Shown here: piece by piece, positions 1 to 9,899 of the stretch
Layout: every line of letters begins with the position of its first letter
How positions within the stretch are numbered: the stretch's first letter is position 1
Source of the DNA: Vitrella brassicaformis CCMP3155
Taxonomy: Eukaryota; Protista; Chromerida
DNA length: 16,798 bases
Direction of reading: 5' to 3'
NCBI GenBank assembly: GCA_001179505.1
Contig: CDMY01000827.1
Span: forward strand, 1-16,798
The notes under the pieces: generated by a model
Seen by the model: the letters and a program-made list of their open reading frames with translations, nothing else
The model's database searches: none
Told to the model about the DNA's origin: nothing
Translations under genes and position numbers: made by a program

Positions 1-390
1 GTCCTCGAGTAAGTCATGCAGCCACGCTCACGCACATACCCACATCAAGCCAAACCATCCATCCATCCATCAGTCAGTTTGTCTGTCTGTCTGTCTGCTT
101 GCGGCTATGCGGCTGCTCTGTCCCTGGCAATACCCACCTCCCTGCCCTCGAGTCAGTCGTGCAGCTACGCTCATGCACATACCCACATCAAGCCAAACCA
201 TCCATCCATCCATCAGTCAGTTTGCCTAGTCTGTCACCTGTCTTTGGGGCCCGTCTCAGACGGGTTGCCCCGCGCTGTGTGAAAGATACCGGGTTGCCCC
301 GCGCTATGTGAAAGATACCGGGTTGCCCCGCGCTATGTGAAAGATACCGGGTTGCCCCGCGCTATATGAGAGAGCCGGGTTGCCCCGTAT
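1..390 (+). repeat. Outer direct repeat R1, left copy (truncated by the window edge): two ~85-bp related units (1-80, 144-230) followed by a 29-bp minisatellite
   Basis: 1-70 matches 15310-15379 base for base. 211-348 corresponds to 15380-15518 (cagtttgcctagtctgtcacctgtctttggggcccgtctcagac followed by the array). The left copy carries one extra internal unit. Confidence 0.92.
262..387 (+). repeat. 29-bp minisatellite (GGGTTGCCCCGCGCTATGTGAAAGATACC)n
   Basis: Full units at 262 (one substitution), 291 and 320, a degenerate unit at 349 and a partial unit at 377. Units are head-to-tail with no spacers. Confidence 0.97.
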
Positions 391-391
391 G

Positions 392-435
392 CATGCAAGC
401 GTGTTTGTGGGCTCATGCAAGCGTGTTTGTGGGCT
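392..435 (+). repeat. 22-bp tandem duplication (CATGCAAGCGTGTTTGTGGGCT x2)
   Basis: Two identical adjacent copies at 392-413 and 414-435. Confidence 0.9.
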
Positions 436-1461
436 TACGGATATCGCAGGGGTGTGCCGTCCTCTTCGGCGCGCATGCCTTCTCTCCGTCCGTCTGTGCA
501 GCTCTTGTGTTTGTGAGGAGGGGGCGTCTGGGGGCCTGTGATCCCGTCAAGCCGGCCAGCGCGTCCTCGCAGAGGGAGTCAGACAGACCCAAGACCTCAG
601 ACCTCTGGATGGGGGACCCGTGTGTGTGCGCCAAAGGGGCAGGCAGCAACAATACAGCCATGTCTAGTGGTGTCATGGGATCATCCGTCAATGTGTGCCG
701 TGTGTGCCTCGAGATTTGCAGCGAATATGAAACGCTCGTGATGGGCGCTCAACGCCATCGTGAGCGGGCCGCACCATCCAATGTCCACACACATATGCAC
801 CCAGGCTCATCCATCGTCCATCAAGCATGGAACATGCACCAGGGTGGATGGACAGGACACAACTCGCCAGCGAGGGCGGAGTTGATCGGTCAGTCAGTCG
901 TGTCCATCCAGCCCCGCTTTTGTACGAACATATCCCCGCAATCGACCATGAGAGGCATCATCAGATGGGCAGGTCACCTGCCGAACTGCAGACAGGCGCT
1001 GGGCGAAGCCCTGCAGCTCTGAATGCAGCCAGGAACACATGAATCCCCACATCACAGCTGGGTGAAGTTGTGTCTCCCTGCATGCAGCACCGAGAAGGGT
1101 GCAGAGCAGGGCCGACGGGGGAAGAATCATGCCTCACATGAGTCGGTTGCATCAAGGAAGGGGGAGACACGAAGATGATCGACAGAAAACACATAGATCT
1201 TGGGTCTGGGAGGATGGATGGGAGCCCAAGGTGCGATGCACGACGAGCAGGGCAATCCAGCTGGGGAACTACCCCGGCGGACTCAGCCATCTCGACAGGG
1301 AGAGCCCCCTTCACTGCGCGGATGTGTACCCCAAGACTGTCACAGGCGCCCTGCAGTAGCGACCCTTCACCGGCGTAGTACACAGAGCCCCAGTCCTTCG
1401 CGGGATGCGTGCCGAGAGACCTTGCCCGCCTGCCTTCATGCGGTGCTCTCGTGCAACTTAC

Positions 1462-1676
1462 CTGCGGCAATGGGTGGACGTCTTGTTGCCCGGCAGGGCT
1501 CAGAGTGGCAGGCTCGAAGCCATGTGGGGGGAAAGCGGAAAACGTCAATGCCGAACGGTAACGTTAAATCGAAGGGAGATGGTCTTTCACCAACGATGAA
1601 AACGTCAAAAGCACTCCAAAACCACGAAGACGATGCAAGATGAGACAATGAGACAAAAGAAGCGATCTGGACGCAT
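1462..1676 (-). pseudogene. Candidate first exon of a type II membrane protein gene, frameshifted; family unknown
   Basis: ATG at 1676 gives MRPDRFFCLIVSSCIVFVVLECF*. Removing one base from the T4 run (plus-strand A 1607-1610) continues as DVFIVGERPSPFDLTLPFGIDVFRFPP...PIAAG up to a GTAAGT donor at 1461. I could not assemble convincing downstream exons. Confidence 0.25.
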
Positions 1677-2880
1677 GCAATGCCAGCCATGCGCAAATGG
1701 GCGGCGGGGGGGCGAAACTTGGCCGGGCGAGACGCTCTGCGGCCAGGCTTCGTCAGAGCTCGCTCTGACGCCTATCTTACGACAGATCCTACCCAGCCGA
1801 GCTATTATACATCTTCAGCTGACTGAATTCTAGCCTACTGATACGTATCCTCAGCTACCGACACAGCCTCGCCCCTCCAGCCTGTGCATGGGCGACAAGA
1901 AGCCCAAGGATAACAAAAGTGGAGGCAGCAGTGCAACCACCGCAGCGCATAGGTATGCATCGCGGGGATGGTGACCGACCACTCACTGTCCGCATCCATG
2001 CACAAAAAGATGGAGATCTGCCCACTGCGCACGGCTGCGCCGTCAGATCAGATAGATCTCGTTTGCATTCGCCTTCTGGCATGGATGCTTGCATCGGGGA
2101 TGGCGCACTGACATGTCCCGCACCGTTTTCCTGCTCTCTTTGTGTGTGCGCACTCAGGTTCTTCGACTGTTGGCTTCGGGGAGCCGTCGGGATCTCCAAG
2201 TGGGCCAGACACACCACAGGACGGTAAGGGAGCACGTGCGCAGCTCAGCCATCACCCGTGCGGTGCACCTTTCCATCTTGTGCACACTGCCAGGTGGTGT
2301 TGCTCATGTAGCGAGTAGGTCTGCGGATGATATGGTTCGGAGGCCTCTGGATCTGCGGCAGCAGCTGCGAGCGCGCCGGCAGCGCCACTGCCATCTACCC
2401 CACACGAAGGTCGCACCTTCACCACACCACCCAGCCAGATCCCACACCACCTCACACACATGTGTGTTCGTGTGCAGGGAAAGTGGAAAAGGAAGAGGTT
2501 GCCTGTCTGAGGACGTTTGAACGGAAGACAAGAACCGTGCGTGCATACATGGATGCAGTCGCAGTCAAAGTTCATTGTCCCATCGTCCATCAGTCTCAAG
2601 TCGACTTGCCACTCAGAGACACAAGGTCATCACATAACATGTTCTTCTGGAGGGGCGGTGGCTGTCGTGGAAGGCTCTTTCACCTCGGGCTGGGGACGCC
2701 CCCTTCACTTCTTGAGGCTTTCCATTGTCATGATCGTCTGCGAGCTAGGAAGCCTCTGTCGCCTCTCCGCCATCAGTGGGGCTGGGCTGCACGGACAACT
2801 GAAAACGCAGAATGGTCCCGTTCTGCTGTCGGTCACTTGTGTACGTGCGGCCTCGATTGTATATATGTATTCGTGTGTGT

Positions 2881-3473
2881 GAGTAATGCGTTGTGTTGGC
2901 ATTAGGGAAAACCTGTATGATGTTCGAGTGACTAAATGCCACCCTTACAGCAGCTTCGCTCGTGTCAAATACGTTGCAGAGGGCCTTAAGTGATACCATG
3001 GAATCGATCTAATCTGCTCTGCTTGAATAGGAAGGGATGCCTCCCTTCAGAGGCTGGCATACAAGGAATGCTCCAGACCTCCTCCCGTCCCTTGCCATAC
3101 ACAAGGCCAATCGAGCATATCTCTCAGCCTGCAAGAGCGCGGATCATCAAGGAAGCGGCTGATTGACTGGGATGAGATTACACAGTCTCAAAAAGAGCTG
3201 TGTGTTGGCGCTTAATGCGAAGGTGGTCGCTGTGTCCATACGTTGGGACTCGATGGGACCCCACGCGAATGCGTGTCGACGAACTGTTACGAGGGGGGAG
3301 GGGCCCCCGAGTAATGAGAGGCGATCGGCCAGACGGAGATTTCATTCATTCATTCATTCATCAAGCGTTTCCTATGAACACACGCATGATGCATCCATGG
3401 AAATGGTCCAGCAGCCCTGCAAAAAACGAGGCAGAGACCAGGGCGGCGAGTCCGGCTCACCAAGGTTTCCCCT
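2881..3473 (+). repeat. Inner direct repeat R2, copy A (593 bp)
   Basis: Aligns by eye to 14078-14666 with 7 substitutions and one 4-nt (CATT) microsatellite length difference. Confidence 0.97.
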
Positions 3474-4854
3474 CCTCACTGCTCACCTCTCGCTCAGTGC
3501 ATGTGCATGAAGCGGTAGCCACTTTTCTACTTTCTGCGAAGGCCTCGCGCAAGCGGTGGGTTGCGTTGCATCCGGTGCTTCCTTCTCCTGACTTGTGATT
3601 TTCTATGGACTCACACAGACCCTTTCTTGCGTACCCCTTCGGGGGGCCGGGGGGCAAGGTCCCCGTGAGGTTAACGAACGAACGAACGAACACCAGACAC
3701 TAAACCAGTGATCGCCAGCGGCGAGTAGCCGAGCCTTAGGGTAGACAAAAGGCAGTTGGGCACTGTCCGAAGCATTTTGCGGCGATTCTTGAAGATCTGG
3801 GGAAGCTGAAGGAAGAGGTGCTTGCTTGTGAACGGCGAGGCTGGCCCAGAAACCGAATGTCGGGTGCACTTGTGTGTGACTGAAGACAGGGCGCAGACAG
3901 CGAAGGGAGGTGGTGATGCGGACGACGCAATGTCGCCCCCTTCAAGGGGGAGGGGGCTGCAAAAGGTCAGCTTCCATGAGTCAGTAGTCACAGGCAGAAT
4001 AGAGCGCGTCGACTACAGACCGATTGAAGGCAATGATGGCTGTCATGTAGGACTCCGGCACACAGATCTACTCGTCTGAGTGCTCCTGTGTCTGCCTGGC
4101 AGGTGTGTTGATGTTTCGTTTGGCCGCATTGCCGCCCTCTCTCACCGTGCCGTTGGCCGCGACGCAGTATTCCAGCTTATACACATATGCTCTCACATGT
4201 GTGCCTGGTATGCGGGTCTCCCCGCATTCATGTGTGTGCGCCATTGATCCGTGCATCCATAGCATCTGAACACAAAGCTTTTGTCGTGCCCATGCTTGTG
4301 TGTGTCCTTGCGTGTTTTATTGTTAATACGCCGACTGATGGGAATGCAGTGAGTGTCTATACAGCGTACAGGGCATGTTGAGCGGGTCAGCTGGATATGG
4401 GTCAGAAGGATAGAAGTGCGAGAGATGTCTGACTACTGCTAAAGGTCTGTTGGAGCCGGTCCGCCGCTCCTCGCCCTTGCTTGTGTCGCACCAGTAGCGG
4501 TGGGATACCGGTGGTGTAGCATTCATATTGTGTCTTTCTTGGCCGTCTATCCCAGTCTGTCTCCCGTCGTGCTTCTCTTCACGCCTCCCTTCCACTCGCC
4601 TTTTCCTACCTGCCACGCCCTGTACCTGCCTTTTTTTATTTTGGTGTCGCGCACGTCCCAAGTGGCAGTCTTTTTTTTCTTTTTTCTTTTTTTGCAGACA
4701 TGCGCTTACGATACATGATGGGGGGGAGGGGGAAGATTGAGACAAACAGAAGATGCCGTGTGTGAAAAAAAAGTGAAAAGCAGAGAAACGCATGCGTTTC
4801 TCCTCGATTAGTGTGTACCCTTTCGATCCTGGTAGTTTTGTATGCTGTCCCTTT

Positions 4855-4934
4855 GCCGATCGCCTCCCATTACTCGGGGGCCCCTTCCCCCTAGTAACCG
4901 TTCGTCGACCCGCGTTCGCGGCGAGGCCCATCGA
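4855..4934 (-). repeat. Diverged inverted copy of an 80-bp motif also present inside R2 (3250-3329, 14447-14526)
   Basis: The reverse complement tcgatgggcctcgccgcgaacgcgggtcgacgaacggttactagggggaaggggcccccgagtaatgggaggcgatcggc aligns without gaps to R2 tcgatgggaccccacgcgaatgcgtgtcgacgaactgttacgaggggggaggggcccccgagtaatgagaggcgatcggc. The flanks are unrelated. Confidence 0.9.
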
Positions 4935-5009
4935 TGTGAATGACTCTTCTTCATGACTTTGCAAGGTCTGCATGAACATCATGGACGCATTTCTCCAAAA
5001 TCATCACAC

Positions 5010-5145
5010 CAAACACACACACACCACCTGCCTTCATTGCCCCACCCACCCACCCATCCATCCATCCATTCATCCATCCAGCAGCAGCAGACACAGCAAC
5101 AGCAGACACACTCACTCTCGCATCCCCCCCCCTTCCTTCCTTCCT
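5010..5145. repeat. Compound microsatellite/low-complexity tract ((CA)n, (CCCA)n, (CATC)n, (CAG)n, (CTTC)n)
   Basis: Directly visible simple repeats, which account for several spurious ORFs here. Confidence 0.85.
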
Positions 5146-5614
5146 CTCCCGCCGCTGCCAGACGCGACTCCTGCAATCGGCAGCTTGAGGAGTGATGGGC
5201 AGATTGAGGTCCAGACGGACCTCCAGAACCGCCATGGCCATCTCCTTGAGCGCCACCATCTCATTCCTCTACCATCCCTCGATGGTGTCAGGCCGTAGAG
5301 GAATGAGATGCCGTCCATCCCCACACGCGAGAAATGCTCCACCTGTAGATACCGTACCAGCTGAACCGGCGACCGATCTGGGCAACACAGAGCACCGCCA
5401 ATCAGGACCATCCCACTTCCTATCGTTCATCCACTGACGTACCAAGGCGGATTTGGTAGAAGGCAACCTCGTCCGCCGTGAATGCGAGGGAGAATGCAAA
5501 ACAACACGTACCAAAGGCCATTTGCTGAGGCCTGTCTTTGTCTGCAAAGTCAAGGAAGAGAGTCATTCACATCGATCATTGCATGTGTGCATTCGTCATG
5601 CCTCTCTGAGCCAC

Positions 5615-5803
5615 GGTTGCTGGCTACAAGGCACGGTTGCTGGCAACGGGCCTTGGTGCTCATCGCCAGTCTCGGTTGCTGGTACCAAAGGGTGGTTGCT
5701 GGCCACAAAGGACGGTTGCTGGTAACAGATCTTGGTTGCTGGCACCCAGTGCTTGTTGTTTCCAGTGAAGGGCGGTTGCTGGCAGCGGCCCTTGGTTGCT
5801 AGC
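5615..5803 (+). repeat. 20-bp-period array with conserved GGTTGCTGG core and variable ~10-nt spacers, ending ~70 bp upstream of the GT90 ATG
   Basis: Cores start at 5615, 5635, 5655 (degenerate), 5674, 5694, 5714, 5734, 5754 (degenerate), 5774 and 5794. One inverted core (CCAGCAACC) lies at 5819-5827. Confidence 0.93.
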
Positions 5804-5875
5804 TTGCAACACAAATGCCCAGCAACCGTCAAATTCCCCTTGTATTGAAGCGTTTCACGCGTAACGTCCAATTTG

Positions 5876-7777
5876 ATGCCAGCAAGAGATTGTCACCGCT
5901 CGGCCCCCGCCATCGTGGTAGGGTGTCTCATCTCCGTCGTCGTCCTTCGGAATTTTTCCAGGCAATGCCTTCAGCCCTCGAGCCTTTTTTCAGTCTTAAA
6001 TGTTGATGGCGAAAAGGGTTGTCCGAAAGAGTGCAAATATGCAGAAGCCGACGACCCACACACTTCGCCTGATCAAAGCAGCATTCCTGGCGAGGAGAAT
6101 GCGGGGGGTTCACTTAATGGGGCACCAATCGACCTCACAGTACTGGACGCTTTTGTGGGGCGGCTGAACGACGATGACCTGTTGAGGAACCATTGTGAGC
6201 CCTACTGGGAAGAAATGGTCCTGCAAAAAGACCCGACACTGCAAGCCCTCAACAACATGTCTGGATCTCACGTTTCTCTATCGATGCTGGCCGACCGGGC
6301 GCTGCGACTTCCAATCCACAAAGATACATTAGTGCGTTTGAGTGTCGATGATGGACGTCTCTTCTGCCACCCGCCATCCCGTGATGTAGTATCGGAGGAG
6401 CTGAAAGTTGCTTCCATCAAAACGACCATGGTGAGGGTTTATTTGAACCGCCTGAGTGAGGCAGTCGGCTATGTGAGAGATGAGCTTAAGCTGAAGCTGA
6501 ATGGGATCCACTTCACCGCCCATATGAGCGATTGCCCCGTAAGCTACAGGATCCACTTAGTGGCTCAATTCACCTGGTCCTCTTCATCAGGTCCTGTGGA
6601 AGAATGTTGACAATGTGAACGTGAAGGAAGAGCGGTGTGCCTATGGGACTGCGCACTTCTTCAACGAATCGGCGCCTCCCGCTCTCCTCTTTTCAGATGC
6701 GGCTTCCCCTCAGTGGAACTGGGACGGTAAGCGATCGTCTGAGGCACAGACAGGCCTTTTATCTGCCTTGTCTGATCCAGTTCCTGTAGTACCATACAAC
6801 AGTCACAACGACAAGGAAGAAAATAGAGTCCGGAAGCATCTGAGCAAGATGTTCTACGACGAGAATGGACAGTTCTCAGCAAATCGATTCGAGAGACAGT
6901 GGAGAAAGAAACGCAGTGGCTTCTTCTTTGTCGGGCGCAAAAGTGATGCTGCGAGGCTCATTGTGGCATGTGAGGTCAACGCCATCGACGCAGAGCTGTC
7001 CGAGAGCTTCTACCTTACGGATGCTGGCAATCCTATTCGACAAAGGAACAACTGTACCAGCGACGCCATGAAATTACAGAAGTAAGCGTCCCCGGGGGGA
7101 GGGTAACCAGTGCTTTCTTGTCTGCACGTTCCACCTTCCCTCCACAGATCCCGCGGCTGTTCTGCATCGCATATTTGTCGTCAAGAATCTACCGGCCCAG
7201 AGGAGTGGCAGGATCTGTTGTTTCGCCACAAGTATGTACTGGACTTCCCGGGTAAGCTAGTGCAGTCCATATTACAACGATCACCGCTTTGGCTGTCACA
7301 TCAGGATTAGGTCCTTGGAGCATCAGGTTGCGGCATCTGCTGCTAAATGGGGGACTTGTATTTCAGCAGCGTCGCGCTTTCGAGAACACGCAGTTTTTTG
7401 ACGGTCCCCTTAAGCGATATGGTGTTCTTATTCCCTTCTCTGAGGGGAATGAGCTAGTGGAAAAAGTTCGGTGGTTTCAGGAGCACGATGAGGTGGCGAA
7501 GAAGGCCGCATGGGCAGCGCACACTTTTGCATGGAACTGCCTCTCACCCGAAGGGATCCGGCAGTTTCTAATCCACCTTCTCTTGAGACTTGGACATATA
7601 GGCGAATCGTGGGAGAATGCGGCGAAGGCGGAGAGACAGCTTTCGGGGACAAGTGAAAGCGACGAGAAAACTGCCGAAGAGCAGCATGCAAGCACGGCCG
7701 GGTTACATGTGGACCTCACCGACAAGGACGGTGTCAAAAGGGTTGTCGATTTGTGCTCCAAGGGTCATGTTGACTAA
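5876..7777 (+). CDS. Glycosyltransferase family 90 (CAP10/POGLUT/KDELC-like, PF05686), type II membrane protein. Exons 5876-6538, 6591-6726, 6781-7081, 7148-7251, 7305-7777; 558 aa
   Basis: N-terminal hydrophobic anchor AIVVGCLISVVVL. Four phase-compatible GT-AG introns of 52, 54, 66 and 53 nt give a 1677-nt open frame. The spliced C-terminal half reads HKYVLDFPG|LGPWSIRLRHLLLNGGLVF...QFFDGPLK...ELVEKVRWFQEHDEVAKKAAWAAHTFAWNCLS, which I recognise as the GT90 signature; HFTAHMSDCP matches the FxxNxxDxP-type motif. Family assigned from motif recognition, not a database search. Confidence 0.88.
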
Positions 7778-8984
7778 AATGGGATTTCATCCGCGTTCGC
7801 GTGTTTGCATAGTTTTGCTGATCTACGATACGTAGATGTCTCGGGATCTCGACTGGACCCTCGCGACTCGTAAAATCCCGCCTATAATGTTTGTACTGTG
7901 CCGAGTGTCTTCTACGGGTTGATATACGCCATGACATGCTCTCCGTCAGGCGCTTACCTCGTAGGCGCGAAGGATGTGTCCTCCTCCGAGTGCCGGGACA
8001 GAGCCCCAGCATCATCTGGCTTGAAGGCTCCTCCTCCGGATCTCTGGGGGGTCAGGAGGATTCAAAAGAAGAAACTCGCTCTCTTTTTTCTTTCCGCTTT
8101 TACAGTTTCTCCCCCCCTTTTTTTGTTCGGGGGTTTGGCGATTTTGAACAAACGGCTGTCCAACTGCAAGTTGTGCCCGTTCGCGACTGGGCATGCTCTC
8201 TCCTGCCCGTGATCTCATTGACCCATTGAAGCTGTCTTCCTCACGCGTTTCTCCTTGTCCCCTCACCGCGGGGTTGTGATAGATGTGGCCGACGACGAGG
8301 TGCGCCCGAGTCGGAGGCTGTAATCTCGGTTTCACGACCCCAGCATGCGGCTACACCCCGCGGTGTAGCCGATGGGGAAGAGCAGAGTGGTCGGCTATAT
8401 ATATATATAGTGACCATATATGGGTGATGTGAGACACGCATGTGGCCCGCCATCTCGTGGCCAGCCAGGCCAGGATCACTGCCAGCTTTCACGCAAAGCA
8501 ACCCAGGAAGGTCGTCTGCATTGACGCAGTGATTCACTGAATGAATTGAATGACAAAGATCCATCATTGATTCATTAGCACTCGTGTGACTCAACTGACG
8601 CCGTGTCATTGCAGAATGGCGAAGTGATTCGTTCGTTCTTGCCTCATCCAGCCGCCACGACCACATCCCGTTGCAAACGCATTATCATGACACTCATGTG
8701 AGACCTCTAAACAGCAGCGGAGCGACCACAAAAGCGCACGCTGAAGTCCTTCTCACTTGAGAGAAAGTCCCCGTTCGTCGTTATGCTGTACAACGTATGC
8801 TGTGTGTGGTGCCATCCCATGCAAACCCCATTCAATACCCATGAATACTACCGCCATGCCACATACGCAGAGCACCATGATACACCACAAATATACCCGC
8901 CCCTGAGGGAGGTCGCATGCCTCTCTGCACCAAGGCATCGGTGCAGGGAGGCACATGACCATCCCACCCCCTCCAGAGGAGAGC

Positions 8985-9811
8985 TCACTTGCCACACAAA
9001 ATGAGTGTCAAGGGCAAAGAGGTTGAGAGAGAGCCAGCAAGACGATCGCACTTAGTCAAAATGGCCTGCGGGATGGCCCGCTCACCCAGCAGTGCCACCG
9101 CCTTCTGTAGGTACCTCCGTGCAGAAGTAATATCATTGACCACGAAAAAGTAAGCCTCCCTGTTCTCCACCCCCATGCCTCAGCGAGTGATACGTATAAC
9201 CCATTTCAGCCACACCCAGATCCGCCGCCGCCGTCCACATATCGTATGGAGGAAAAAGAGACGCCCCAGGCGCCACATGAGATAGCGATTGCACGAGATC
9301 GCTGCACGCAACCGACACACTCTTAGTTGCGGGCAGCGCCACGTGCATCCCGCTGGCGGGTGAAGGCACACTGGCTGACGACCATGTGCTCACGCGTCAC
9401 TGCCGCGACCTCCATCTTCCTAAGCAGGCAGTGCTGGGTCCTAAGCAGGCAGTGCTGGGTCAGAGCCCCCCGCACCTCCCCCCGACGCACGAGTTGGACA
9501 GCCAGCCCGACGGCGATGGGCCACGGGATGGGGGGAGAGCTGAACGACGGCCGCAGGCGGGCCCACCCCGTCAGTCGCCCTCTGAGACCCGGGAAGAAAT
9601 GGGCAAGCCAACTAAGCGTGTTCACCGCCTGCTGCCTACGCCTGTGTATCAGGAATTCCTCATACAGGTCTTGAAAATAGTCAACGAGGGCGTCATCGAT
9701 CGGAACATCCGCAGGAAGAGCCTCACACCAGCAGTAGAAGCCGTCCACCGCCGAGCGATACACGCGTAGAGTGGCAGGCTTCACAGCCGCATCAGTAAGG
9801 AAGGACGGCAT
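8985..9811 (-). pseudogene. Tyrosine recombinase (DIRS/Ngaro type), split over three frames
   Basis: Frame 1: FLTDAAVKPATLRVYRSAVDGFYCWC...DDALVDYFQDLY...HCLLRxxE (catalytic Arg). Frame 2: HVALPATK...LF...LGVAEMGYTYHSLRHGG (HxLR at ~9175-9189). Frame 3: SARRYLQKAVALL (Tyr codon at 9111-9113). The GRW box is missing, and there is a 21-bp duplication at 9420-9461. Confidence 0.88.
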
Positions 9812-9899
9812 TGACGAAGACACGCGCGTGTCAGCAACCGTGCCCCCCCGTCCGGTCAAGTGGAGGCAGCGGCCCCGCCATTCTCATGGCAGCTCACGC

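Noticed and set aside
262-387. CRISPR array (29-bp repeat, also at 15432-15547)
   Set aside because: Units are directly adjacent with no spacers, there are no cas genes, and the context is eukaryotic. It is a minisatellite.
940-975. Hammerhead ribozyme core (CTGATGA on the - strand); also looked for in R2
   Set aside because: No stem II or GAAA partner follows, and no hammerhead core was found in the direct repeats, so a retrozyme is not supported.
366-1022. 218-aa ORF, and the other long ORFs at 4323-4982, 9860-10594 and 14834-15481
   Set aside because: They run through microsatellites or repeats, or lie antisense to the DIRS remnant, with low-complexity translations and no motifs.
1900-2880. 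Spliced gene on the + strand (several donor/acceptor-like sites; ORFs 1919, 2089, 2327)
   Set aside because: No exon chain gave a recognisable protein or a convincing long frame.
3700-4080. Coding fragment (ORF 3822-4079 and neighbours)
   Set aside because: Protein-like in places, but with an upstream in-frame stop and no recognisable family.
5615-5803. Mini-CRISPR-like repeat/spacer array
   Set aside because: The core is only 9-10 bp, spacers are ~10 nt and related to each other (higher-order repeat), and no nuclease gene is nearby.
8985-9859. Intact integrase or Starship-type captain recombinase
   Set aside because: The YR is split over three frames with deletions, lies mid-block rather than at the boundary, and follows a DIRS-type RNase H. 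It cannot be functional as assembled.
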